Assembly: GCF_008831285.2 (NCBI RefSeq)
Contig: NC_045138.2
Coordinates: forward strand, 15,438,001 to 15,502,000
DNA: 64,000 bases
Direction of reading: 5' to 3'
Source of the DNA: Nymphaea colorata
Taxonomy: Eukaryota
The stretch's first letter is position 1. Every line of letters begins with the position of its first letter. This document shows positions 52,610-64,000 of this stretch, piece by piece. The notes below the pieces were generated by a model. It was not told the DNA's origin. It worked only from the letters and a program-made list of their open reading frames with translations, and made no database searches. The position numbers and the translations under genes were made by a program.

Positions 52610-53680
52610 CGTATCCTCCAGATGACAATTCATGGGCGTGGCAATTGACATCACTAACTGCGGAGCACAGTCATGGCAGAGTTTTGGAAAATGTTGGAGC
52701 CATTAATGGTCTTTGTAATCCAGCTTGGTGGGTTAAAGAATTTTGAGATAGTTCATGAAAGTGTAAACCATTCAGCTTCTTTTTCTTGGGGGAGACCTAT
52801 AGTAATGTAAATATCAGTTATATCTGTGAAATTGGCTTCTTTTCTCTTGATGACCGAAAATTAGGTGTTTTATAAAACTAGAACAATTGTGAAAATATCA
52901 TTGGCTTCCAAGGAAATACGATCTTAACCTACTGCTTTCGTTAGTTTACTGTTTCCGTATCTTATGCCATAGAAACAGGAAATAGTCAGTGAAATTTATA
53001 ATTAATTAGATATACACAACATGAAAGACCAACAGCACTATCCGTTGGATGTGGCCAACTTTCTCAGTAAGGTATGCGGCTTTTGTAGCACCATCAGTGG
53101 GGCTCCTGCGAAAATGAACTAACCACAGCAATGAGGTATGGGATTCTACTAAAGCCGTCCATGATATGTGCTCATATAAGTTCATCATCTTCATACACTA
53201 ATTTGTAGGAAAGTTGAGGACTATGCGAACCCTGATCAATTTTTGTTCTAATTCGATTTCATGGGCAGGTGTGGAGAAGCACTTCGTCTACAAGTAGTTG
53301 AGATAAAATAGAGTAACACTTAGCATAGAGTTCAATCCAATGCGGCAAGAAAAGTGAAAAATGCTTATACCAGATTTGACCCACTCGAGATTATAGCTGA
53401 CCATAGCGTGGCCATTTGCATGAGTACTGTTGTGCTCTTGCAAGAGTTGATGTCGGGCGTCCATGGAGTCATCTCTTTCACTTGAACTGCGAATAGATTT
53501 TTTTGCATAACAAACTCATCTGGGCCTCTGGCCTATAATAGAGCAGGATGTAAGTTCGTAGGCCTAGGCTGTATAACTATTGTGAACTCTAGTGGTACAA
53601 AAATCAGAGTGAACAGGCCAATAGGCGTACCAGTCACTAGCAGAAATGAGACAGGTTGGTGCAACTTTTCATCTTTCATG
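52610..53680 (-). pseudogene. Possible heavily decayed terpene synthase relic (duplicate at ~58310-59420)
   Basis: Scattered frameshifted motifs occur in TPS order: QPRPTNLHP, HEIELEQKLIR, LVES/YFIAV..HEPH, EAEWF, SAMTVLR/VSDVNCHAHEL. No DDxxD is visible and the spacing is compressed. Confidence 0.25.
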
Positions 53681-54073
53681 GGGCTTTTTTTTTCTAATTG
53701 GTTTTTGATGCTTGATAAATCTAAAACATCAAAATTGACAGATTCTCTCTGTATTAAAGATAATAACCATCAATTACAGTTCCAACCACAGTTAACCAGA
53801 ACACCCATATGACAGCTTCAAAAAGAAACGAACGAGGGAAAGAAACACAGGGGGGGGGGAGGGAGAAAGAAAGAGTATTGTACCTCTTTCATTATGCTAC
53901 TGTAGCTCTAATTGCCACTAATGTGCAACTAGCAGGTCTGATAGTATACAGACATAAATGTCCAGACAGAGATTTTTCATGTATTATTTGACCGGTAAAT
54001 TAAGTTGCCGAACGACAAAACCAAACTTAGAATTATTGTGTGAAGTCACACTGAAACATGCATGGTTCAATTT

Positions 54074-55799
54074 TCAACTGTGCTCTGGAAACTTGCTTTC
54101 AGGACTCAGTAAAGGTTCTCTAAACATGTTAAGTCCAGAGTCCATCACGCTACATCCACCATCCACAGCAAGGTTGTGTCCACTGACATACTTGGATTCA
54201 TCACTAGCAAGATACAGGGCTGCCTCTGCTATATCCTCTGCTTCAAGTGTCAACCCTTTCAGGTTTGAAAATCTGCCAAACCATGCTTCCAATTGCTCAT
54301 CGTCCAAGCCAGAATAGCGCCTCAACTGAGGTGTTCTTACTGCCCATGGTGATATGCAATTGACTCTGATCCCAAATGCACCGAGCTCTGCTGCCATGCT
54401 CTTGGTTAACCCAGCCACAGCATGCTTTGATGAGCAGTAGGCGTGGTCACAAACGCCTCCCATCAAGGAAGCCGTGCTCGCCGTGAAAAGTATGCTGCCG
54501 CGCTTTGCCGGAATCATGACCCTTGCCGCATGTTTGGCAGCCAGGAACATTCCCACCAGATTGACGTTTATGATCCTCTCGAATGTGGATTTCTCGAACT
54601 GTAGCAATTTGGATGTTGACATGTCAACTATGCCGGCATTGCTAAACATGATGTCAAGCTTGCCATGATCATTCATGGCTCTGTCCACCATGCGGCGAAT
54701 GTCATCCTCGCTAGTAACATCACAGTGGATGTACTCAATGGAGCCATCTTTGTTAGAGGACAGTTCTCGGCATACTTGCAAGCCCAGTTCATCTTGGATA
54801 TCGGCAATGATGACATTGGCACCGTGACGATTGAACAGTTTTGCAGCTCCGAGTCCAATCCCACTTGCTGCGCCAGTTATAATGGCTACCTTGCCTTTCA
54901 ACCTACATTTTTACAGAAGAAGAAAGTCAGAAATTAATTTGGTAGAAGAGCAATGCTACAGCTAGACCCATTGGCATCATTACCGGATCAATCCAAGTCC
55001 TCCAAAAGAAGGTAGGGATATGTGGTGGTGGTGCAGTGTAATGACCTGATAAACACTGTAGAATCACGGTTCAGGAATCAATGTTTGGGTTTTCATTTCG
55101 AAATTCTGCTAATGGAACCATTCTTTGTTCAGTTTGTCTAGATCTATAAAAGGGATTCTACGAGGATAAAAAATTGACGGTCTAAAAAGATTTGAATTTT
55201 TTTGTATATTATGAGATCTTGCACGTGGAAAGAAATTAACCCAAGAATATATTTCTAGATATTAAAACAGGATTGCCACAAATCCACTGTGCAGAAATTG
55301 CTTTCTAAGAGCGACTGTGCAAAAAATTTCACAAATGAACTGCACCCATCCTTCGTCCATGGAAGCAGGTCAAGTTAGGCTGCAGGCGTCAAATTTGAAG
55401 AAAAATGCATAAGATCCTGTAAGATCTCTTGAAAACCTGAAAGTGGGAACTTGTTTTCAGGGAGCACTTCCTGTTGAAATTTTGAGTCTTACGATTATGC
55501 ACGAGATTAACTTCGCACTAAAAAAATCATAAGAAAGAGAAGCTTATGGACATGGTGTATCATAATGACAGTAGGAAATTCTAAATCTGCCTTCTCTTTT
55601 CTCCACGACCAGAAAACCCGTTAAGTTTTCTAGATATAAGAGTAATTTACTGGACATGAAATGTACATTTTCCGCGTCTTCTCTACTTCGTCGTCCCTTT
55701 TAAATAACATCACGATCAGAACAAGACTAATGGGTAACAGAAACAAAAGATTTTGGTACCATACCTTTGGGCAGCAACAGAAAGTGTCGAGGCACTCAT
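54074..55799 (-). CDS. Short-chain dehydrogenase/reductase, SDR110C-like (secoisolariciresinol dehydrogenase/ABA2/TS2 group), copy 1, 287 aa; exons 55799-55765 and 54902-54074
   Basis: Exon 1 MSASTLSVAAQ(R) ends AG|GTATGG. Exon 2 follows tgtAG| and carries TGAASGIG, IADIQ (the Asp suggests NAD preference), NAG, ILFTAS, YCSSK, RVNCISP and VSGHNLAVDGG. A TATA-like ATATAAA lies ~70 bp upstream. Confidence 0.93.
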
Positions 55800-57499
55800 G
55801 ATTGTCAACAAAGTATGTTCTTCTTGTTTCTGTATTGGCAGTGGGCTGAGTACTGCTATCGCTTGCGCTTTATATTGACGGCCAAGTTAACCTCCGAGCA
55901 TTGTGGCCGTCCATTCCAACCAACGCTTCTAAGATGGTGTAACTCAAAACGAATGAAGTTGGTATGTCATCTTCTTCACTAACGTCACGGCTGGATGATT
56001 TTAATTACCAGTTGGAACTCGTGCCGACGTAGGGCAACACCGCTTGACAAGAAGATGGATTTCCGGCGACCCTTTTAAGTTGCCGATCCAAATCCTGCAC
56101 TGACTCGCTGTTGGCACAGCCTATCAGCAAGCCGCAGATAAACTGAACGATTTTTCAGAAGAATATATAGAAAGGGATTGTCGGGTCTACGATTAACCAT
56201 AAAATGTTCAACATACTCTCATTATTGCCTGACAATTAGACATCCAAATACATTTGATGCATCATTTTTCAGAGGAGAGCATTACACATCTGTTTTCTTT
56301 ATGCGTGTGACTCAACTTACCAACTATTTCTGGTCTATATGTTTGGGAAATAAAGAAGCATACCTTCTTTTTGAAGATGATCAAGCTCTGACCAGGAAAC
56401 CATCTTTAGATTTGACAGGTGTATATACACAAGCTTTTCCTGATTACTGTATGTTTATGCTCATAAAGCTAGCACAATAGTTCCACCACACTTTTAGGGG
56501 AGAACCATAGTGTTCATGAAAATGGAATTAGGGACATCCGGCTTAACATGTCCTCTGACCAGCCGCACTATGTCATTTGGGACATTATAGTTGCATTATT
56601 ACTTGATAAATAACGTAACCTAATGTCAATGGAGAACTGTGCTTATATTTATTCTTGGGGATATTGCCAAAAAATTAGAGGTATGTACTGCAAAAAGTGA
56701 GTGTCACAAAAGACACGTATCTCAATAGCAGCATATCTATATAAGTTCGACTGATTAGCATCTTAAAAACTTAGGTCTAGCAGTAACCATACCTCTAGGG
56801 CTTATAAAAGGCATAGTTGATAATTTTTCATTAGAAGGATCAAATTATAGTTTCGAAATTTAACGGAAGCTGAAATATAATCTTTTAGATTTTTTATATA
56901 AGATAAACTAACATTTTTTAAATTTACAAGTAAAATTTATTATTTTTTGAGGATCTAAGGAATAGCGGTGCCCCCATTGGCCCTCCCAGAAAAATACAGT
57001 TTGTGACTGTGGATACAATATACGTGTGGAAGCATGAACTAGCGGTAGTTTTTCCGCGCATGCTCAAGATGTGGATAAGTTATCCTTGGTTTTGATTTGA
57101 AAGATAGCCTGCCCGATGGCGTAACAAGGCTTCTTCTCATTATAAGTTAAGGCGGATTGAGATAAAAGCAGTCGACTAATTTGAAGGGTGAAAGTTTAAC
57201 CCATGTTTACACAAGGGAGCGTTGAATGCCGTGGGATAAATTATCACGGGATAAATTATCACGGGACAATCCATCTCATGACATGGGGCGTGCCGACGGC
57301 TTCTTTTATGCTCGCCCGTCAATTGATGTATATCACCTTCCATGGAAGACTACTTTTATGCTCCTTTTTGTCATGCATAAATAGAACCAACAGTTAAGAT
57401 AAGCATAAAAACAAAGCTCCTATGAATACACATGCTGACGATACATGATTTTTTTTTTAACATTTTGGAGACAGTATGAAAACCAATATTAATGACATT

Positions 57500-57801
57500 T
57501 AGGAATGTCAAAAGATCGGATTCAGATTTAGTTCAACCAGATCATAACCATCAATATATCAGTTAAATTTTCTTACATGTAATAATATCTATACATTTCG
57601 AAAGTCAGTTCTTAACGTATCATAATGCATGTTCAAATTAAGTTGCGAATTTAAAAGTCAGATTTAGACCCAATAAATTTAAAATTATATGTAAACATAA
57701 CATAGACTTTTTTTTTCAAAGTCGGATACCTAAACATCTGATAAAGTCATATATTGCAATAAAAGATAATAAAATTAGAATCCAATCCGTTGACAGCCAT
57801 A
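57500..57801. mobile_element. Degenerate hAT-like MITE between the SDR units
   Basis: Imperfect inverted ends taggaatgtcaaaagatcggatt ... aatccaatccgttgacagccata. No clear TSD. Confidence 0.45.
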
Positions 57802-59721
57802 ATTATTCATTAATAGCTTAACAATGTATCGTCATCAATATTCAGTGATCCAAGTCAGAGGGGTCTGGCAAAATAACCGCCATATCCATGCCGCCGACAC
57901 ACTGACATGGGTACAGTGACACACATGGACACACCATTTTTTTTTTTTTGCATTTTTTGGGTATAATTTAAATATTTTTTGTGAAATTGTACTTATTTTT
58001 GTGGAATTTTTAAAATTTTCTTATTTCTTGATGCATTATTCCGTATTTTCTGCCTGAACAATTAGAGTAATAGACACCCAACTTGGAATGACAACTGACC
58101 AGTTGAAAAAAAAAACCCTCCTCTACCAATTGTTCCATATCCATCAGAAGATAAGTAATGAATTTGGTGTTTGACATCACTCTTTCTGGGACCGCAGTTA
58201 TGGATCAATTTTGGAGGTCATTAAAGAAAGACGGAAAGAAAAACCAAAGATACTATTCACTTGTAATATATGTATAACTAACCAATTGACAAATGCTTGA
58301 TCTCTACCGTATCCTCCAGAAAACGATTCATGGGCATGGCAATTGACATCACTAAATTCGGAGCACAGTCATGGCAGATTTTTGGAAATGCTGGAGATTT
58401 GTGATCCAGCTTGGTGGGTTAAAGAATTTTGAGTTAGTTCATGAAAGTGTAAACCATTCAGCTTCTGTTTCTTGGGGGAGACCTATAGTAATGTAAATAT
58501 GAGTTATATCTGTGAAATAGGCTTCTTTTCTCTTGATGACCGAAAATTAGGTGTTTCATAAAACTAGAACAATTATGAAATGACAGGAATAAGAATATAT
58601 CACTGGCTTCCAAGGAAATATGATCTTAACCTATTTGAAGAATTTTATAGCTTTCCGTTTAACTATAATGCCCTACTGCTTTCGTTAGTTTACTGTTTCT
58701 GTATCTTATCTCATAGAAACAGGAAATAGTCAGTGAAATTTATAATTAATTAGATATACACAACATGAAAGGCCAACAGCATTATCCGTTGGATGTGGCC
58801 AACTTTCTCAATAAGGCATGCGGATTTTGTAGCACCATCAGTGGGGCTCATGCGAAAATGAACTAACCACAGCAATGAAGTATGGGATTCTACTAAAGCC
58901 GTCCAAGATATGTGCTCATATAAGTTCATCATCTTCATACATTAATTTGTAGGAAAGTTAAGGGCTATTCGAGCCCTGATCCATCTGTGTTCCAATTCGA
59001 TTTCATGGGCAGGTGTGGAGAAGCACTTCGTCTACAATTAGTTGAGATAAAATACAGTAACACTTAGCATAGAGTTCGATCCAATGCGGCAAGAAAAGTG
59101 ACAAATGCTTATACCAGATTCGACCCACTCGAGATTATAGCTGCCCATAGCGTGGCCATTTGCATGAGCACTGTTGTGCTCTTGCAAGAGTTGATGTCGG
59201 GCATCCATGGAATCATCTCTTTCACGTGAACTGTAAATAGATTTTTTTGCATAACAAACTCATTCTGGCCTATAATAGAGCAGGATGTAAGTTCGTAGGC
59301 CTTGGCTGTACAACTATTGAGAACTCTAGTGGTACCAAAATCAGAGTGAACAGGCCAATACGCGAACCAGTCACTAGCAGAAATGACACAGTTTGGTGCA
59401 ACTTTTCATCTTTCATGGGTTTTTTTTTTATGTTTTTTTAATTGGTTTTTGATGCTTGATAAATCCAAAACATCAAAATAGGCACATTGTCTCTGTATTA
59501 AAGGTAATAACCATCAAATACAGTTCCAACCACGGTAAACCACAACACCCATATGACACAGCTTCAAAACGAAATGGGCAGACAGAGAGCATTATAGCTC
59601 TGTCATTATGCTACTGTAGCTCTCGTTGCCACTAATGTGCAACTAGCAGGTCTGATAGTATACAGACATAAATGTCCAGACAGAGATTTTTCATGTATTT
59701 TTTCACCGGTAAATTAAGTTG

Positions 59722-60930
59722 GCGCTGCGTGATACTGTGAACAGATGGAGGCCTGATATTGCGACACTCACCATGGTGGATAATCAGGCTGATACACTTG
59801 TCTGGGCTAATCAACACTCCTGCCCAATCAATCGGAATCAGATTTGGGAGGCCATCAGGCTGCATAAGGAAACTGAAAAGTGGCGACAGTATATATGGGT
59901 TAAACATGGATTACCAAGGGCAACTTGGACAGTCTATATTGGATGTTATGGCAGAACCATGACTGAAAACAGACTAAAAAAACTAGGGATGCAGTTGGCC
60001 TCTAGGTGTGTTCTATGCCAAAACCATGAGGAGGATGAAAGCCACTTGTTTTTTGGATGTCCTAGGTCGGAAATTTTATGGCAATTCATTGCAGCCAAAT
60101 TCAATCATAAGATTTCTCGCCAACAGTCCATTAAACAATGCCTTGTTTGGTGGTTTAGAAGGAAATTTAGAAGAAAACTGTGGGAGAGCATATGGAAAAC
60201 AACTTTTCACATGGCCATATGGTTTCTATGGCAGTTGAGGAACAAGGTTAAACATGAACAGGAACATATAGTTGGTGACTACTGCTCTAGATTTTGGGAA
60301 TATTGCAGAGAACAATACAAAAAAGTTAATCGCAATAAAATGGACAGTCAAAGAGTGGGAATCTGGCTTCGCCAAGGCATCATGACAGCAGATTGGAGCC
60401 TCCAAGAAGGAGTTGGTTATAACATCCACATCGCATCTTGGCATGGTGAAGGTTTGAACCGTACTGCAGGACTGATTAGATGTTACAATGGAGAATACAT
60501 GTTTGGAGTCTGCTCTTGGTCGAAAGAAGGGCGAGCATTCTCTGAGAGCTGGATCTTGAACAAATGTCTAGAGAAGATCAATACTTCTGAGCATCACATT
60601 GTTGTACAAGCCAACAATGAGGCTTGGAAAGATAAGTTAGACAAAGTCATCAAAGGTACCACAGACAGGGCAAGACATCTTTTGCACGTGCAGAGGCTTA
60701 TCAACAAATTGAAGTTGGCGTACCATCAGCCTTCAGTGGAAGTATGTAGTATGTTGTGTTTGTGTTCCGGTGATAAGGGATATAAAGAATGCTTTATGGG
60801 ACAAGTTGGCTGGGATCCCAGTCAACTTTCTTTTTGGTAATGTAATCATCCTCACAAGGATCTGATTTTTTTGTTGTATATATCCCAATTTTTTGTTAAT
60901 AATATGGATGAGGGCCTATCCCTCAGCAGG
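59722..60930 (+). mobile_element. 5'-truncated L1-type LINE: ORF2 C-terminus (zf-RVT zinc finger plus a degenerate RNase H-like region; open frame to 60840) and 3' UTR
   Basis: WRQYIWVKHGLPRATW...RTMTENRLKKLG...RCVLC...EDESHLFFGC...W is the zf-RVT signature. The insert is absent at the matching site in unit 1 (~53990-54007). It is flanked by ttttcaccggtaaattaagttg (59700-59721) and ttttcaccggaaattaagttg (60931-60951). Confidence 0.92.
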
Positions 60931-61040
60931 TTTTCACCGGAAATTAAGTTGCCCAACGACAAAACCAAGCTTAGAATTATTGTGAAGTCACACTGAAACA
61001 TGCATGGTGCAATTTTCAACTGTGGTCTGGAAACTTGCTT

Positions 61041-62529
61041 TCAGGATTCAGGAAAGTGTTCTCTAAACATGTTAAGTCCAGAGTCCGTCACGCTACATCC
61101 ACCATCCACAGCAAGGTTGTGCCCACTGACATACTTGGATTCATCACTAGCAAGATACAGGGCTGCCTCTGCTATATCCTCTGCTTCAAGTGTCAACCCT
61201 TTCAGGTTTGAAAATCTGCCAAACCATGCTTCCAATTGCTCATCGTCCAAGCCAGAATAGCGCCTCAACTGAGGTGTTCTTACTGCCCATGGTGATATGC
61301 AATTGACTCTGATCCCAAATGCACCGAGCTCTGCTGCCATGCTCTTGGTTAACCCAGCCACAGCATGCTTTGATGAGCAGTAGGCGTGGTCACAAACGCC
61401 TCCCATCAAGGAAGCCGTGCTCGCCGTGAAAAGTATGCTGCCGCGCTTTGCCGGAATCATGACCCATGCCGCATGTTTGGCAGCCAGGAACATTCCCACC
61501 AGATTGACGTTTATGATCCTCTCGAATGTGGATTTCTCGAACTGTAGCAATTTGGATGTTGACATGTCAACTATGCCGGCATTGCTAAACATGATGTCAA
61601 GCTTGCCATGATCATTCATGGCTCTGTCCACCATGCGGCGAATGTCATCCTCGCTAGTAACATCACAGTGGATGTACTCAATGGAGCCATCTTTGTTAGA
61701 GGACAGTTCTCGGCATACTTGCAAGCCCAGTTCATCTTGGATATCGGCAATGATGACATTGGCACCGTGACCATTGAACAGTTTGGCAGCTCCGAGTCCA
61801 ATCCCACTTGCTGCGCCAGTTATAATGGCTACTTTGCCTTTCAACCTACATTTTGTACAGAAGAAGAAAGTCAGAAATTAATTTGGTAGAAAAGCAATGT
61901 AAGGCTGCTTATGGAACCATTCTTTGTTCAGTTTATCTAGTCGGATTCTACGAGGATAAAAAATTGACTGTTTAAAAATATTTGAAAATTTTTGTATATT
62001 ATGAGATCTTGCACGCCGAAAGAAATTGACCAAGAATATATTTCTAGATATTAAAACATGATTACCACAAATCCTTTTTTCCCTGGAAGCAGGTCGAGTT
62101 AGATTGCAGGCGTCAAATTTGAAGGAAAATGCATAAAATCCTGTCAGATCTCTTGAAAACCTGAAAGTGGGAAGTTCTTTTCAGGGAGGACTTCCTGTTG
62201 AAATTTTGAGTCTTACGATTATGCACGAGATTAACTTCGCACTAAAAAAATCATAAGAAAGAGAAGCTTATGGACATGGTGATCATGATGACAGCAGGAA
62301 ATTCTAAAACTGCCTTCGCTTTTCTCCACGACCAGAAAAAAAACCCCTCAAGTTTTCTAGATATAAGAGAAATTTACAGGACATGAAGTGTACATTTTCT
62401 GTGCCTTCTCTACTTCGTCGTCCCTTTTTAATAATATCACGATCTGCACAAGACTAATGGGTAACAGAGACAAAAGATTTTGGTACCATACCTTTGGGCA
62501 GCAACAGAAAGTGTCGAGGCACTCATCAT
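61041..62529 (-). CDS. SDR110C-like short-chain dehydrogenase/reductase, copy 2, 279-280 aa; exons 62529(or 62526)-62492 and 61845-61041
   Basis: Same exon structure and motifs as copy 1. It differs by R>G, R>W and M>T substitutions and by a 1-bp indel that gives the shorter C-terminus EHFPES*. Confidence 0.92.
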
Positions 62530-63814
62530 TGTTAACAGAGTATGTTCGTCTTGTTTCTGTATTGGCAGTAGGCTGAGTATTGCTCAGCGTCTTATGATCG
62601 TTTGCGGTTTATAGTGACGGCCAAGTTAAACTCCGTGCATTTGTAGCCGTCCATTCCAACCAACTCGTCTAAGATGGTGTGACGCAAACAAATGAAGTTG
62701 GTACGTCATCTTCTTCATTAATGTCAACAAATGAAATTGGTATCTCTTCTTCATTAATGTTACCGCCGGATGATTTTAATTACCAGTTAGAACTCGTGCA
62801 GACGTATGGCAACACCGCTTGACAAGAACTGAAGATGGATTTCCGGAGACCCTTTTGAGCCATCGGCCGATCAAAATCCTGCACTGACTCGCTGTTGGCA
62901 CAGCCTATCAGCAATCCGCAGATGAACTGAACGATTTTTCAGAAGAATATATAGAGGGATAGTCGGATCTAGGATTAACCATAAAATGTTCAACATACTC
63001 TCATTTTTGCCTGACAATTAGACATCCAAATACATTTAATGTATCATCTTTTCGGAGGAGAGCATTACATATCTGTTTTCTTTATCCTTGTGACTCAACT
63101 TACTAACTGTTTCTGGTCTACATGTTTGGGAAATAAAGAAGCATACCTTCTTCTTGAAATTGATCAGGCCCTGACCAGGAAACCATCTTTGGATTAGACA
63201 GGTGCTTTCATTTGTTTTTTTCTTTTTTGGCAAGTTGAGGTGGATTAAGATAGAAGAGTAAACTGTATGATGAAAATTCATTGAACCCGTGGTTGCACAA
63301 GGGCACGTTCAATGCCATGCATAGAGTACCATGGGACATTCCATCTCATGACCCTGACCAACAACTGGCTTAGGCCCTGCAGGCCCATTTAGCCTATATA
63401 TAATTTTTTCCTGATTACTGTATGTTTAATGCTAATAAAGCTAGCAAATTAGTTCCACCCCACTTTCAGTAGAGAACCCTAGTGTTCATGAAAATCGAAT
63501 TAGGGACATGCCCGCTTAACATGTCCCAGTCTGACCAGCTGCGCTATGTCATTTTTGGGACATTATAGTTGCATTATTACTTGATAAATAATGTTACTTA
63601 ATGTCAATGGAGTACTGTGTTTAATTGTATGAGATATTATTATTGGGGTTATTGCCAAAAAAATTAGAGGTATGTACAGCAAAAAGTGAGTGTCACTAAA
63701 GACACGTATCGCAGCATATCTATATAAGTTCGACTGTTTAGCATCTTAAAAACTTAAGTCTCTCTGTACCCATACCCCTAGCGCTTATAAAAAGCAGAGT
63801 TAATAATTTTTCAT

Positions 63815-64000
63815 GGATCCGTGAAAGGGATTCTATGAGGATAAAAATTGACGATCTAATAAATTTTGTCGATTTTAAGATCTTGTACATAGAAAGAAAT
63901 TGACCCGATAATATATTTCTAGATATTGAAACATCATTATCACAATTCCACTGTGCAGAATTTGCTTTCTAAGGGCCACTGTGCCAAAATTTAGCACAAA
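63815..64000 (-). repeat. Further partial copy of the SDR intron sequence, running off the window end
   Basis: aaagggattcta.gaggataaaaa...atatatttctagatatt...ccactgtgcagaa.ttgctttctaag matches 55148-55334. Confidence 0.8.

Larger units (their letters stand above)
52341..56830. repeat. SDR duplication unit 1
   Basis: Collinear with 58044-63814, from tattttctgcctgaacaattaga to cttataaaa...taatttttca. Confidence 0.92.
58044..63814. repeat. SDR duplication unit 2 (with LINE insertion)
   Basis: Homologous to 52341-56830, plus a ~1.2-kb LINE insertion and smaller indels. Confidence 0.92.

Noticed and set aside
59719..60840. 373-aa ORF as a host gene
   Set aside because: It starts at a TTG inside the target-site repeat, is a truncated LINE ORF2 fragment and is absent from the paralogous unit.

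Overview
AT-rich flowering-plant genomic DNA with spliceosomal introns and many microsatellites; there are no prokaryotic features. Six apparently intact protein-coding genes are supported. They are an intronless CAF1/POP2 deadenylase (+, 15925-16764), a 4-exon UEV1/MMS2 ubiquitin E2 variant (-, 20780-24542), a 2-exon ~107-aa small membrane/coiled-coil protein (+, 29675-30724), a GIR1-like EAR-motif/zinc-ribbon repressor (-, 37822-38214) and two tandem SDR110C-type short-chain dehydrogenases (-, 54074-55799 and 61041-62529). The GIR1-like gene has an in-frame upstream exon encoding a degenerate WW-like domain. The first ~11.6 kb holds decayed minus-strand paralogous gene copies that I cannot name, including a 3.0/3.6-kb head-to-tail duplication. 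The last ~13 kb is an SDR birth-and-death array: an old 3' remnant, two duplicated units with near-identical exon 2, a recent 5'-truncated L1 LINE just downstream of the copy-2 stop codon, and a further partial intron copy at the window edge. Each unit also carries a possible terpene-synthase relic (low confidence). Several MITE-like elements are present. All alignments and counts were made by eye.
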